Assembly (NCBI GenBank): GCA_048213135.1
Contig: PS015023.1
Span: 30,869-88,021, forward strand
From: Reclinomonas americana ATCC 50394
Taxonomy: Eukaryota
Length of the DNA stretch: 57,153 nucleotides
Reading direction: 5' to 3'
A program made the position numbers and the translations under genes. Below are positions 1 through 11,311 of the stretch, piece after piece. Below the pieces are notes generated by a model. The model was not told the origin of the DNA. It did no database searches and saw only the letters and a list, made by a program, of their open reading frames with translations. Within the stretch, counting starts at the first letter, position 1; each line of letters opens with the position of its first letter.

Positions 1-39
1 ATCGCGCGTATCTGGAATGTGGTGATCATGAATGAAGTG

Positions 40-559
40 TTATATTTTTATGGGTATCCCACGTTGACCTGGAACACGCCCTCGTCGTAGACACCAAAGA
101 ACTCGAGCACCCGCGCAACAAGCACACATGATGGTGGAGGAGGCTGTTAAAGCTTACCGATACAGTACAAGATCAGATGTTTAAAATAACGCAGAATTGA
201 AGCACTCCTCGCTTGCATCGCACCAAGAACTCACTGTGAGTGGGGTGAGAAGCCAGTTGCAGGCCAATCATGTCACGGAGAGGTGTGTTGAATATACGCA
301 ACACATTGAGCTTGGTCTGCCAGCAGCAGAATGGGATCCGGAACAGTCTCATATGCATGCATGTTGCCTTTTAAATTTTGGGACTGTGCACGTACGCGTG
401 GGGGAAGGGAGGGGACAAGGAGTGAGAGTGGGGGAGAAAGAAAGAGGCGAAGAATCAAACACAGCGCTGCGAGCGAGGTGACGTGCAGCGAGTGTATGTG
501 TGCGTGACAGCTGCAGCTGACAATCCCTCGCACACACTCACTCGCCTGTGTAACATTCG
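40..559 (-). pseudogene. Decayed unprocessed duplicate of part of the TMEM184-family gene at 4465-9429
   Basis: Exons and introns align with about 6180-6660 (FCCWQTKLNV, EFLVRCKRGVLQF, VLEFFGVYDEGVFQVNVGYP). Indels shift the frame of the SQKGNMRLL exon, about 25 nt are inserted before a donor, and an acceptor region is deleted. It runs into an N-gap. Confidence 0.8.
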
Positions 560-1283
560 NNNNNNNNNNNNNNNNNNNNNNNNNNNNNNNNNNNNNNNNN
601 NNNNNNNNNNNNNNNNNNNNNNNNNNNNNNNNNNNNNNNNNNNNNNNNNNNNNNNNNNNNNNNNNNNNNNNNNNNNNNNNNNNNNNNNNNNNNNNNNNNN
701 NNNNNNNNNNNNNNNNNNNNNNNNNNNNNNNNNNNNNNNNNNNNNNNNNNNNNNNNNNNNNNNNNNNNNNNNNNNNNNNNNNNNNNNNNNNNNNNNNNNN
801 NNNNNNNNNNNNNNNNNNNNNNNNNNNNNNNNNNNNNNNNNNNNNNNNNNNNNNNNNNNNNNNNNNNNNNNNNNNNNNNNNNNNNNNNNNNNNNNNNNNN
901 NNNNNNNNNNNNNNNNNNNNNNNNNNNNNNNNNNNNNNNNNNNNNNNNNNNNNNNNNNNNNNNNNNNNNNNNNNNNNNNNNNNNNNNNNNNNNNNNNNNN
1001 NNNNNNNNNNNNNNNNNNNNNNNNNNNNNNNNNNNNNNNNNNNNNNNNNNNNNNNNNNNNNNNNNNNNNNNNNNNNNNNNNNNNNNNNNNNNNNNNNNNN
1101 NNNNNNNNNNNNNNNNNNNNNNNNNNNNNNNNNNNNNNNNNNNNNNNNNNNNNNNNNNNNNNNNNNNNNNNNNNNNNNNNNNNNNNNNNNNNNNNNNNNN
1201 NNNNNNNNNNNNNNNNNNNNNNNNNNNNNNNNNNNNNNNNNNNNNNNNNNNNNNNNNNNNNNNNNNNNNNNNNNNNNNNNNNN

Positions 1284-1954
1284 CAGCATTCCACTACGCC
1301 GCTCGCCTCGGCCGTCTCCCTGAGATGGCGTATTGGTGGAAGTTGTGGACTCGGAAGTATGGGAACGATGCGCAGCTGCCACCGTTGGTCGCCAGGAATG
1401 GCTCCACGCCACTCATGGAGGCCGTCCAGCATGACAAACGGCAAGTGGTTGAGTGGTTGCTTGCCGATGAGCGACGATGTTCGCTGGAGACGGTGCGAGC
1501 GGTGGTGACCCGTCCTTACGGGACGCAGTACACTGCACTGCATTTGGCGGCCGCGAATGGCAAAGAAGCCATTGTGCGCGCCCTCGCCACCCGGTATCCC
1601 GATCTCCTCCTCATGGTCAACGAAAGGGGCGAGACGGCGGCGCAAACGGCACGCAGATGCGACGCGCATCAAGTGGCCGAGTTGTTGGAGCGTCTCGAAG
1701 TGCCTCATCGAGCTCAGCAGGAGTTCGAGTGCGTGCGCTCGGCCCTAAGTGCAGTGCACGAGATGCAGCAAGAGGAGGGCGACGATCCGTGGTGCTTGGC
1801 GGAGATCGTGCTGCGCGCCTTCCTCCTCGAGCATATGGAAGTCGTCGTACATCGGTGCTTCACCGACGCCCATCGTCGGCCGCGCGGGGCGACCCGCGGC
1901 CGGGGAAAGCCGCGGCGCTCCAGCGCAAGCCCGCGAGCAGCTGCAGAGGAGTAA
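1284..1954 (+). CDS. Ankyrin-repeat protein (5' end may lie in the gap)
   Basis: Ankyrin motifs NGSTPLMEAVQHDKRQVVEWLL, YTALHLAAANGKEAIVRAL and NERGETAAQTA in one open frame ending TAA at 1954. Confidence 0.75.
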
Positions 1955-2701
1955 GTTGCGTGGGTTTTGTTGATTTGCTCCTCCTCCTCTTCTTCTTCTT
2001 CTTTGTCTTCCTGTCATCCTTTATAATTACGGCCTGCATGGCCCCATCGATATCGATATCGTATCTTGTGCCTGATCGTCATGCCTTTGTTTCCGCACAG
2101 CCTCTCGATCTCGTCAAGTCACCTGCAGACAGGCCGGGAGGCNNNNNNNNNNNNNNNNNNNNNNNNNNNNNNNNNNNNNNNNNNNNNNNNNNNNNNNNNN
2201 NNNNNNNNNNNNNNNNNNNNNNNNNNNNNNNNNNNNNNNNNNNNNNNNNNNNNNNNNNNNNNNNNNNNNNNNNNNNNNNNNNNNNNNNNNNNNNNNNNNN
2301 NNNNNNNNNNNNNNNNNNNNNNNNNNNNNNNNNNNNNNNNNNNNNNNNNNNNNNNNNNNNNNNNNNNNNNNNNNNNNNNNNNNNNNNNNNNNNNNNNNNN
2401 NNNNNNNNNNNNNNNNNNNNNNNNNNNNNNNNNNNNNNNNNNNNNNNNNNNNNNNNNNNNNNNNNNNNNNNNNNNNNNNNNNNNNNNNNNNNNNNNNNNN
2501 NNNNNNNNNNNNNNNNNNNNNNNNNNNNNNNNNNNNNNNNNNNNNNNNNNNNNNNNNNNNNNNNNNNNNNNNNNNNNNNNNNNNNNNNNNNNNNNNNNNN
2601 NNNNNNNNNNNNNNNNNNNNNNNNNNNNNNNNNNNNNNNNNNNNNNNNNNNNNNNNNNNNNNNNNNNNNNNNNNNNNNNNNNNNNNNNNNNNNNNNNNNN
2701 N

Positions 2702-2742
2702 TGGTATCCAAAACATCGATATCAACACAGACACCAATCCTA
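2702..2742 (-). repeat. Fragment of a dispersed repeat family (see 17745, 21010, 44745)
   Basis: Reverse complement reads gattggtgtctgtgttgat[atcgat]gttttggat, matching gattggtatctgtgttgatgttttggat near 44830. Confidence 0.7.
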
Positions 2743-2982
2743 GCATGCCACAGACAGTGTCAGATCTGCCACTGGACTGCCGCCGAGACTGCAGACGTCT
2801 GGTCCGTGGCAGATGACTGTCTGCTCAGACCTTGCTCTGTCTGCCACAAGGTCTATCGTGTGTGGACGATAAAGGTGTGTACAATTAAATGTAGTGCGCG
2901 GACAATGCTCGCCATCTTTACTTGCTCTCACTCACGCAATATAACCAAGCGCGCGCTGGCGCACTTGCCCTTCGTTCGAGCA

Positions 2983-3518
2983 ATGGCCTTCGAAAGCGAC
3001 CAAGCTCAACTTGACTGGCTAAACCGCGAGATCGACTGGGCAGAGAACTGCCGTCTTGATGAACCTCACACACTGTACGAGGAAGAAGGCAGCGATAACT
3101 ATTGGTTTGAGGTCCTCGTCTATCTTATTGAAAGAAACAGAATGTGGCTTGAGGCACTGGTGCCGAGGTCGCCTGAGCTGGAGTCTCGATGGAGGTGCGT
3201 TTTGTGTCTTCTTATATATTGCTGGTTTTCTTTTTGTTCATTTTTTCGAATTCAAGACGTGCAGAGCTGAGGCTGGCCTGGTTGCTGGTGGAACGTGGCA
3301 CTGTGCGGGCACTGCGTACATTGGTGCGCGCCACCAAATATGAGCTGCGCGACCCTTATTGTTACGGGAGAGGTTGGCAGACGCCCGACGTGTGGCTGTC
3401 GCTGACGGACACCGACAAGGTTGGCTACTNNNNNNNNNNNNNNNNNNNNNNNNNNNNNNNNNNNNNNNNNNNNNNNNNNATCGCCCGTAGCGGTGCAGGC
3501 GAAGAGGAAGACCATTAA
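2983..3518 (+). CDS. Small hypothetical protein, at least 2 exons, spans a short gap
   Basis: MAFESDQAQLDWLNREIDW...ESRWR, then a GTGCGT...GTGCAG intron, then in-frame AELRLAWLLVERG...DKVGY[gap]IARSGAGEEEDH*. No family recognised. Confidence 0.45.
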
Positions 3519-3713
3519 AGCGATCGTTGCCAGTAACTAGTTTGTTGGTTGCGTGAAGCATACGCATGCACAGCCAGAATTCTAGAAGAAGAAGGAGCAC
3601 GAAGTGCGACGTAAAAATCGAAGACTTTTCCAGTGGTTGCTCCGGTGCAAGAGAACGTAACCACCCCAGCCTGCACGTCCTCTATTGGCTGTAATCCTGG
3701 CCGGTTCGCACCG

Positions 3714-3761
<48 letters not shown>

Positions 3762-3802
3762 ACAACATCGATTCAGGCTCGTCCTGCGCAGCTGAAAACG
3801 AA

Positions 3803-4288
3803 ATGTCGCGCCACTTGGAGCGCGTTTCGTATGCGCCTGGTGGAGGCACAGGTGTCTACATTACTGCAGAAGACATGCTGCGGGCGGAAGCCGAAGAGGA
3901 CAGCAGCCACACTCCCAGCAGCAACGTGAGTCTCTCTCTCTGTCTCACTCTTTGTCTCACTCTCTCACACACTGGTGCAACAACAGCAGCAGCAAGTTGT
4001 AAACATTGTTCCGCGCGATCCTCTGGCGCCCAGTCGCGAGGTGTGATCAGTTGTCTCTTGCACTCACTCTCTCTCTCTCTCTCTCACACACTCACTCTCT
4101 CACACACTTGTGCACAGGAACGCGAGGCAGAGCGACCACAGATGTTCTTCTATTACCCCAAGTACTTGGACGTGGATGCAGTGACGCTCATTGCGCAGAA
4201 CCTCCTCGACACGTGGGAGAAGGAGGAGCAGGAGCAGGAGACAGAGGAGAGACGACGACAGCGCACTGTGCAGCCTCCTCCTCTGTGA
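3803..4288 (+). CDS. Small hypothetical protein, 3 exons
   Basis: MSRHLERVSY...PSSN|GTGAGT, QVVNIVPRDPLAPSRE|GTGTGA, EREAERPQMFFYYPKYLDVDAV...PPPL*. Splice sites are phase-compatible. No family recognised. Confidence 0.5.
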   Translation: MSRHLERVSYAPGGGTGVYITAEDMLRAEAEEDSSHTPSSNVSLSLCLTLCLTLSHTGATTAAASCKHCSARSSGAQSRGVISCLLHSLSLSLSHTLTLSHTCAQEREAERPQMFFYYPKYLDVDAVTLIAQNLLDTWEKEEQEQETEERRRQRTVQPPPL

Positions 4289-4464
4289 GAAAAATGTGGA
4301 TCTCAGCACGCCCCTCCAGTCAGGCGTGTCAACCCGCGCGCAGAGAGCAAGTCGATCGAGGACATCTGATCGAGGGCAGGCCAAGCAAGCAAGCGCACAA
4401 GTGTATCTCTGCTGGAATTGTTCATTTTATAAGTGGCTGTTGTGCTGCTGGCTGGTGGCCCATG

Positions 4465-7400
4465 TCAGAGAAGGCTTTCACCATCGTCGCCGTCGTCGGT
4501 GGATCGCGGTTGTAGAGGCTCGGTGCCGTCGTCAATGGCGGCGGTCTTGCTGCTCCGCTTCTTGCTCTTGCTCTTGCTCTTTCTCGGCTTGTCGGGGCGC
4601 GGTGCGGCGGCTGCGGCTGCGGTGGGAGCGACTGTGACGCTTGAGGAGTGCAGTGGTTGGAAGGCCTCTGTCTCGTCGCTGAGGGGGGCAGCAGCTGCGG
4701 CGGCGGCGGCGATGCTGATGGTGGTGGAGCGGGTGGCGGTGGCTGACAAGGGGAAGGACGAAGGGGAAGGGGAAGGAGGGAGAAGTGAGATGATGAGGGA
4801 ACGGGAGAGAAAATGGAAGTGGGAGACAGGATAGTGAGACGCGGGAAAGGAGGGAGACAGAAAAGAGTAGCAATGATCGACGGGACACACCTCGCTGTCC
4901 ACCGGTCTCCACATCCTCGACAACCGCCGCAGTGGTAGTCGTCGTTGTGCCGCTCAAGAACGACCCATAAGTCCCCGGCACCGATGACGCCGCCTCGGCG
5001 CGAATGTTGTCGAGGCGCTTCAGTGCGCGAGGCTGCTCACGAGCGACCTGCAGTTGCGACAGTCAGTACACGGACACGCTGCGACGAGGTGGGAAGAAGC
5101 ACGTCGCAACTCCAACGGAGCCGACCACCAGCGCCGTGTCCTCTTGCGTGGTGGCAATCGCGAAGTGACCATCGGCAGCGGCCTGAACACACTCGTGAGT
5201 CTGTAATCACTGTGCTTGCCCTGATACAGTCACACACCATGGGCTGCGAGTAGGCGTGGCGTGCACTGCTGCTGAAAGTCTCACGAGCATCCTGCACCAC
5301 GTCCTTGACCTGGAACAGAGTCTTAACCTGCGCGGAGGGGAGGGCGTCAGGTAAGTGGAGCGCTTCCAACTCAGGAACACCTCGCGATATACCATGCGAC
5401 CGAGCGGCAAAATTGGTCTCTCCTCCTGCACGTACACACACACACACAAATGCATGAGAAGGAGGAACGATCAAGTGGCGCATGTTGAACAACGCACCTT
5501 TCTCGCCTCGGCCTCTGATCGGAATGGCTTGTGGGAGAAGGCAAAGTAGTGTAGCATGGCAATTAATGCGACCTGTGGAGGGAGGGGGAAAGGGAGAGAG
5601 AGGAGATGAGAATGGCGAAACGAGAGGCAGGTGGCAACGCTGCAAGAGAAGCACATGCAACAAACCTCAATGCAAATGGCAAAATTCTGGAGGCCAGTGG
5701 CAATGTCTTGTGAGGTGAACGGAGGAGCGTCGTTGATCAGACCGATCTTGACGAGAATGGCGACAGCGACGCCTTGCCAGAAGCTGCGCTTGGCAGGTGA
5801 GCACACTTCCGACATACAATGAGCACGAGGCAGGCACACGCACCTGAAGAAAATGAGCAGCTTGATTGACCTGTGGCGGGGTGAGTCAGCAGGGAGCGCT
5901 ACATGGGAGAGTCTCTCACATTGGACGCACAGGAATTTCAGGAACGGGCTGTAGTTCTTGAGATCCTTGTGCACCGCTTGGTAGAACACGATAAGGAACC
6001 ACATGGATGCCTGCACGGGACACACAAGCGTGAGATGCGCCGAAAGTGTGGCGTACAACACGTCGACCACACACCGTCACACTCAGATTGTTCACAAAGG
6101 CTGCGCAGTGGTGGTGGACATGAATTGAGAAGCGCCAAGCAGATGGTTGTGCAATCTAGCAGCCAGACGTACCAATGTATGGGTAACCCACGTTGACCTG
6201 GAACACGCCCTCGTCGTAGACACCAAAGAACTCGAGTACCAGCGCAACAAGCGCACACGACGGACTGCGCCAGCAGCAACGAGTGAGCCTTTTCTTTGGG
6301 CACAGGAGAAGACTGTGAAAGCTCACCGAATAATGCAGAATTGAAGCACACCTCGCTTGCATCGCACCAAGAACTCACTGTGGGGTGGGGGCGGGAAGTC
6401 AGCTGCAGGCCAATCATGTCACGGAGAGGTGTGCTGAATATACGCAACACATTGAGCTTGGTCTGCCAGCAGCAGAAAGGGAACAGTAGTCTCATGTTGC
6501 CTTTTTGGGACTGTGGGGGAGGGGAGGGGACAAGGGGGTGAGAGAGTGGGGGAGAGAGAACGAGACGGAGAATCAAACACAGCGCGTGAGGTGACGTGCA
6601 GTGAGTGTATGTGTGCGTGATAGCTGACCATCTCTCTCACACACTCACTCGCCTGTCGACACGCGATTGCCTACTTTCCCCCACTCAAATTCGATCAGGA
6701 AGCATCTGTCTCGTTGATCTGTCAACTCGCTCACTGTCTAGCCACACACTCACGCATCGCCTAATTTCTCCTCTCACACTCGACAGGAACTATCTGTCTC
6801 GTCCATCTGTTACCTCGTTCACTTGGCCCACCCTGTCTCTCTCGCTTTCCCTCTTTCCCTCTCTCCCCGTCACACTCAAAGCCATCGCACTGCGTCTAGT
6901 TTCCTGCACAGAATTGCTCGCCTCTAGGCGGGCCAATCAACAGTTTCATGAAGCCACACGGCAGGCTGACCATCTCACTCGCCAATTGGCGCACACACTC
7001 ACGCATTGTCTTCTTTCTCCTCACGCTTGACAGCAACTATCTGTCTCGTTCATCTGTTTGGCCCACCCTGTCTCTCCCGCTTTCCCTCTTCCCCCACAGT
7101 CAACGCACTGCTTCTAGTTTCCTGCACAGATTTCGCTCGCCTCCAAGCAGGCCAATCAACAATTTCATGAAGCTACACGGCAGGCTGACCATCTCACTCG
7201 CCAACTGGCGCACACACTCAAGCATTGTCTTCTTTCTCCCCTCGCTTGACAGCAACTATCTGTCTCGTTCATCTGTTTGGCCCACCCTGTCCCTCCCGCT
7301 TTCCCTTCCCCCACAGCCAACGCACTGCTTCTAGTTTCCTGCACAGATTTCGCTCGCCTCCAAGCAGGCCAATCAACAATTTCATGAAGCTACAAGGCAG

Positions 7401-9169
7401 TCAGTGAGTCTCAAACAAAAGCATGCGCGACAAAGCCCTGCCCGGTCGCACCTGTACAACACAAACGCCTGCCCAACGAATGGTCGGGAAGAGTCAGCAA
7501 ACCGCCACAGCAACGCAAAAGGACGTTGAAACACACTCTCTCACCTCGTAGCTGCACCCAACACAGCAAATCGCGTACACGTGAGCAAATCCGAACAACA
7601 CGGCGTGAGATTGAGGGACAAGCACACACGCACCAATCACGAATCGTGTCGACATAGATGCTGGCGTCGCGGAAGCGCAGTGAGATCCATGAAGCAATGC
7701 CGTAGATCTGCGGGCGTGGAGAGAGTGAGAGAGAGGCGAGTACGCAAAGGGAGAGAAGGACGGGGGAATGGGAAATGGCGCTTCTTCTGGGCACTTTTCA
7801 GAGGCAGGAAAGAGGCGGAGACTGCATCTATGAAGCTTCTTCTTTCGATTATCAAAGACAGAGAGGGAGAGTGACAGGCGAGCGAAGACGGTGACTCGTG
7901 TGTTGCCTCGCTCGTAAAGAACAGGGAGGAAGGATGACGAGGAAGGGAAACGGCGCTTCTTCTAAGCCCTGGCATCTCATCTCCTCTCAGAAGCAGGGGA
8001 GAGGACGGAGATTATTGCATGTACGACGCTTCTTGCGTCGATTCTAGAGGACAGGAAGGGCGAGCGACAGGCGAACGAAGATGATGGTTCGTGTGTTGCC
8101 TCGCTTCTAAGGACATGAAGAAAGGATGACGAGGAAGGGAAACGGCGCCTTGCCTCGAAGAGAGGAGAGAAACCATTACATCTCTGCGATTCTCGCGTCG
8201 CTTCTCAAGGACGAGAAGGGTGGTTGAAGAAGGGTCGACTCTGCGCCCTCTGTGCCTCTTGTATCTCCTCTCTGACAAAGGATACACCATGTCTCGCTTC
8301 TCTTCTCAAGGAGAGGAAGGGTGGTTGAAGAAGGAACGACTCTGCGCCCTCTGTGCTTGTTGCGTCTCTTCTCTATGTGCGAAAAGACGAACGGAACGCC
8401 ATGTCTCGCTTCTCTTCTCAGGGAGAGGAAGGGTGGTTGAAGAAGGATCGACTCTGCGCCCTCTGTGCTTGTTGCGTCTCTTCTCTCTGAGTGCGAAAAG
8501 ACGAAGGGAACGCCATGTCTCGCTTCTCTTCTCAGGGTGGTTGAAGAAGGGTCAACTCACGCCCTCTGTGCCTCTTGCATCTCCTCTCTGAGTACGAAAA
8601 GACGAACGAAACACCACGTCTCGCCTCATACACCAGGAGGAAAAAAGGTCGCCTCTCCGCCCTCTGTACCTCTTGCCTCTTCCCCCACAAGAAGGAAACC
8701 ACCACATCATACACGTCTGTGTCGCCTCCATCTCAAAGAAGAGGAAGGGTGGTTGAGAAACGCGTCTCTCTTGGAGTCAAAGCGGACAACCTTACGCCAA
8801 ATGCCTCTCTCTCACACCTCCTCTGACAAGCAGCACGACTGCACAGAGGTCACGATCGACTACTTCCCTCCTCGCTCTCCCCTGGGTGCTTGCCCACTCT
8901 CTCTGTCTCTCCCTCTGTGTGTGTGTGCTCTCACTCACAGACTGCCTCACTTGTCTCACTCTCCCTCACTTGTCTTACGTGTCTCCCTCTTGTCTCTCTC
9001 ACTCACTCTCACACACTTACTCAGTTGTCTGAGCAACAACTCACCGGCACCATCAACAGAATGCGAACGACTGTGACACACAAAGAGAAGAGGAATCAAA
9101 TCATCACATGTGAGTGACAAGCACATACACACACACACACACACAAAGAGAGAAGAGAGCGCGCGCACG

Positions 9170-9201
<32 letters not shown>

Positions 9202-9282
9202 TGCGCGCGCGTAACTCACCCCAAATTTGTAATGCCGGGCGACTGTGCGCACACACACACACACAAGAGAGACAGTGAGTTG

Positions 9283-9320
<38 letters not shown>

Positions 9321-9429
9321 GCAACTAATAGTGAGACAAGTGCATGTAAATCTCCACCACTGAGAAGATGACAGCAACCCCGGCAAACACGCCCGCAATG
9401 AGGTACACTGTCCACAGTTGCATACCCAT
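4465..9429 (-). CDS. TMEM184: TMEM184/OST-alpha (Solute_trans_a) family membrane protein, copy A, about 19 exons
   Basis: Spliced motifs HLSHYYRPALQIWVVRILLMVPIYGIASW, YVDTIRDCYEAFVLYSFMKLL, CKRGVLQF, PFLKFLSIKLLIFFSFWQGVAV and GLQNFAICIEVALIAMLHYFAFSHKPF. Confidence 0.92.
6740..7400. repeat. About 217-bp tandem triplication containing a TMEM184 exon
   Basis: Exon copies at 7326-7389, 7109-7172 and 6891-6953, with shared flanking intron sequence. Confidence 0.9.
7760..8760. repeat. Degenerate intronic tandem repeats (about 90-120 bp units)
   Basis: Recurrent gggtggttgaagaagg..cgactctgcgccctctgtgc and catgtctcgcttctcttctcag. There is also a duplicated block ggatgacgaggaagggaaacggcgc. Confidence 0.8.
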
Positions 9430-9619
9430 CTTTACACACACACACTCTCTCTCTCTCTTCCTCCTCCTTTGCCTCCCTCTCTCTCTCTCTTTATCTGCCT
9501 CTGTTTGAAATGGACTGTGCCGGGACGATTTCATTCAATCACACGTGACAGACAGCGGACGGGGGGGCGCGCACTCTCACTATACATCTTTCTCACTCTC
9601 ATTCTCTGTTTTGCTCTCA

Positions 9620-11235
9620 TTAGAACTCCACGGTCATCTTGCTCTCGAGATCGGTGTTGCCCAGCATGTCCATGAACTCGGTGAATGAGATCTTGCCGTC
9701 TGTGGCAACCAATGGGTGAGTGAAGGAGAAGGCGAGGCTCGTGTGTGTGTATATATGTGTGTGTGCGTTGCTCTATGCGTGCGTCTCCTTGTTGTCTCAC
9801 TTCGTGTGCGTCTGTTGCCCTCTGCGAAAGAAGAGGTGTCTCTCTTCACCCCTCTGTCTCACTGTGTGTGCTGGTGCCTGTGTGCAGGCGCGTGTGTCTC
9901 TCTGTGTGTGGGGCATGTGTCTCTCACTGTCTTGCTGAGTCGGTACCTGTGCGTCTGTGCGCTTGCGGGCTTGTGTGCCCCTCTGCGCCGTGAGAGGCCT
10001 TTCTCACTCGATATTACTGTGTGCTGGTGCCTCTGTGCGCAGGGGCGTGTGTGTAGGTGTGTGTATTCGTGTGTGTTTCTCTGTATCTCACTGCGTGTGT
10101 CGGTGCCTGTGTGTACACGCGTGTGTGCAGGTGTGTGTGCCCCTCTGTGCATGGAGAGGTGTTCTCTCTCTGTCTCTCACTGCGTGTGCCTTATTTGTGC
10201 GTGATCATCTGCGTGAGAGGATACGTCTCTCTCCCTCTCTCTCTCTCACACACACGCACACTGCGTATGTGCCTTGCGTTGCGCGTGTCCCTCTGTGTCA
10301 CTGGGAATGTCTCTCTCTCTCTGCATCTCACTCCGCATGTGTCGGCGTGTGTCTCACAGTGTGCGTCAATCTGAGTTTCTGCTGCTCACCGCCGTCCTTG
10401 TCGGCCTCCAGAATCGTCTTGTCGACAATGTTTTGCAGCTGTGGGGCCAACGAGGTGAGCGGCAGAAGGGTGCGAGTGCGTGCGCGTCGTCATGCTTTGC
10501 GATACCTGCTGGTCGGTGAGGTTTGTGCCGACCATCATCTTGAGCACCTCGAACAGCTCGCGGTTGGTGATAAAGCCGTCGCCGTCCAGATCGTACACGG
10601 CAAAGGCGACTGTGTCACGAGAGTGGGTGAGTGGGCAGGAGGGTGAGTGTGTGCGACAGCGAGGGCACGCAACACTTGAGCTTGTCGGAGCTCTCGCCTC
10701 GTGACGAGAACACGGCCAGACCCTCCAGGAATTCCCGGAAGTTGACGTTCTGAGCAGGAGGGAAGCGGAGAGGAGGGAATGAGAAACAACAGCAGCCAGG
10801 AGAGAAGGTGAAGAGTGCTCACGTCTGCCTTCTTCTCGTTCGACATACTCGTGAAAGAGTCAAGAGTGCGGATGCAGAATGCCACCACACACTCTTTGCG
10901 CACGAAAACTATGTCACCTTCTTTCTCCCCGTCCTGTTCGTCGTCTTTCCTCCATCTTTGCCTCTCGCTCTCCATTCGTCTCTCTCTCTCTCTCTCTCTC
11001 TCTCCACGTCCTGTTCGTCGTCATTCCTCCTTCGTCTTTCTCACTCTCCATTCGTCACTCTCACTCTCACTCTCACTCTCTCACACACTTTCTCTCGCTC
11101 TCTCTCTCCCTTTGCCTCTCCCGCTCGCGCTCGCCACCAACCTCATCGCCGTTCTTGTCAAAAATGGTCACCACTCGCGACGCCAGTGGATTGACAGCCA
11201 GTTCTACACACGCCGACAAACAAGTCAGCCCAGAG

Positions 11236-11311
<76 letters not shown>

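Noticed and set aside
273-3270. Long ORFs containing X runs
   Set aside because: Artefacts of translating through N-gaps.
8210-8760. Repeat-spacer-like periodicity resembling a CRISPR array (also 19370, 34400, 53150)
   Set aside because: The units are degenerate along their whole length, are intronic in eukaryotic genes and have no cas genes nearby, so they are minisatellites.
9325-9330. Apparent in-frame TAG after MHLSHY in TMEM184-A, suggesting stop-codon reassignment
   Set aside because: Explained by an intron: TAT TA|GTTGCG...CAG|T gives Tyr-Tyr. All modelled genes fit the standard code.
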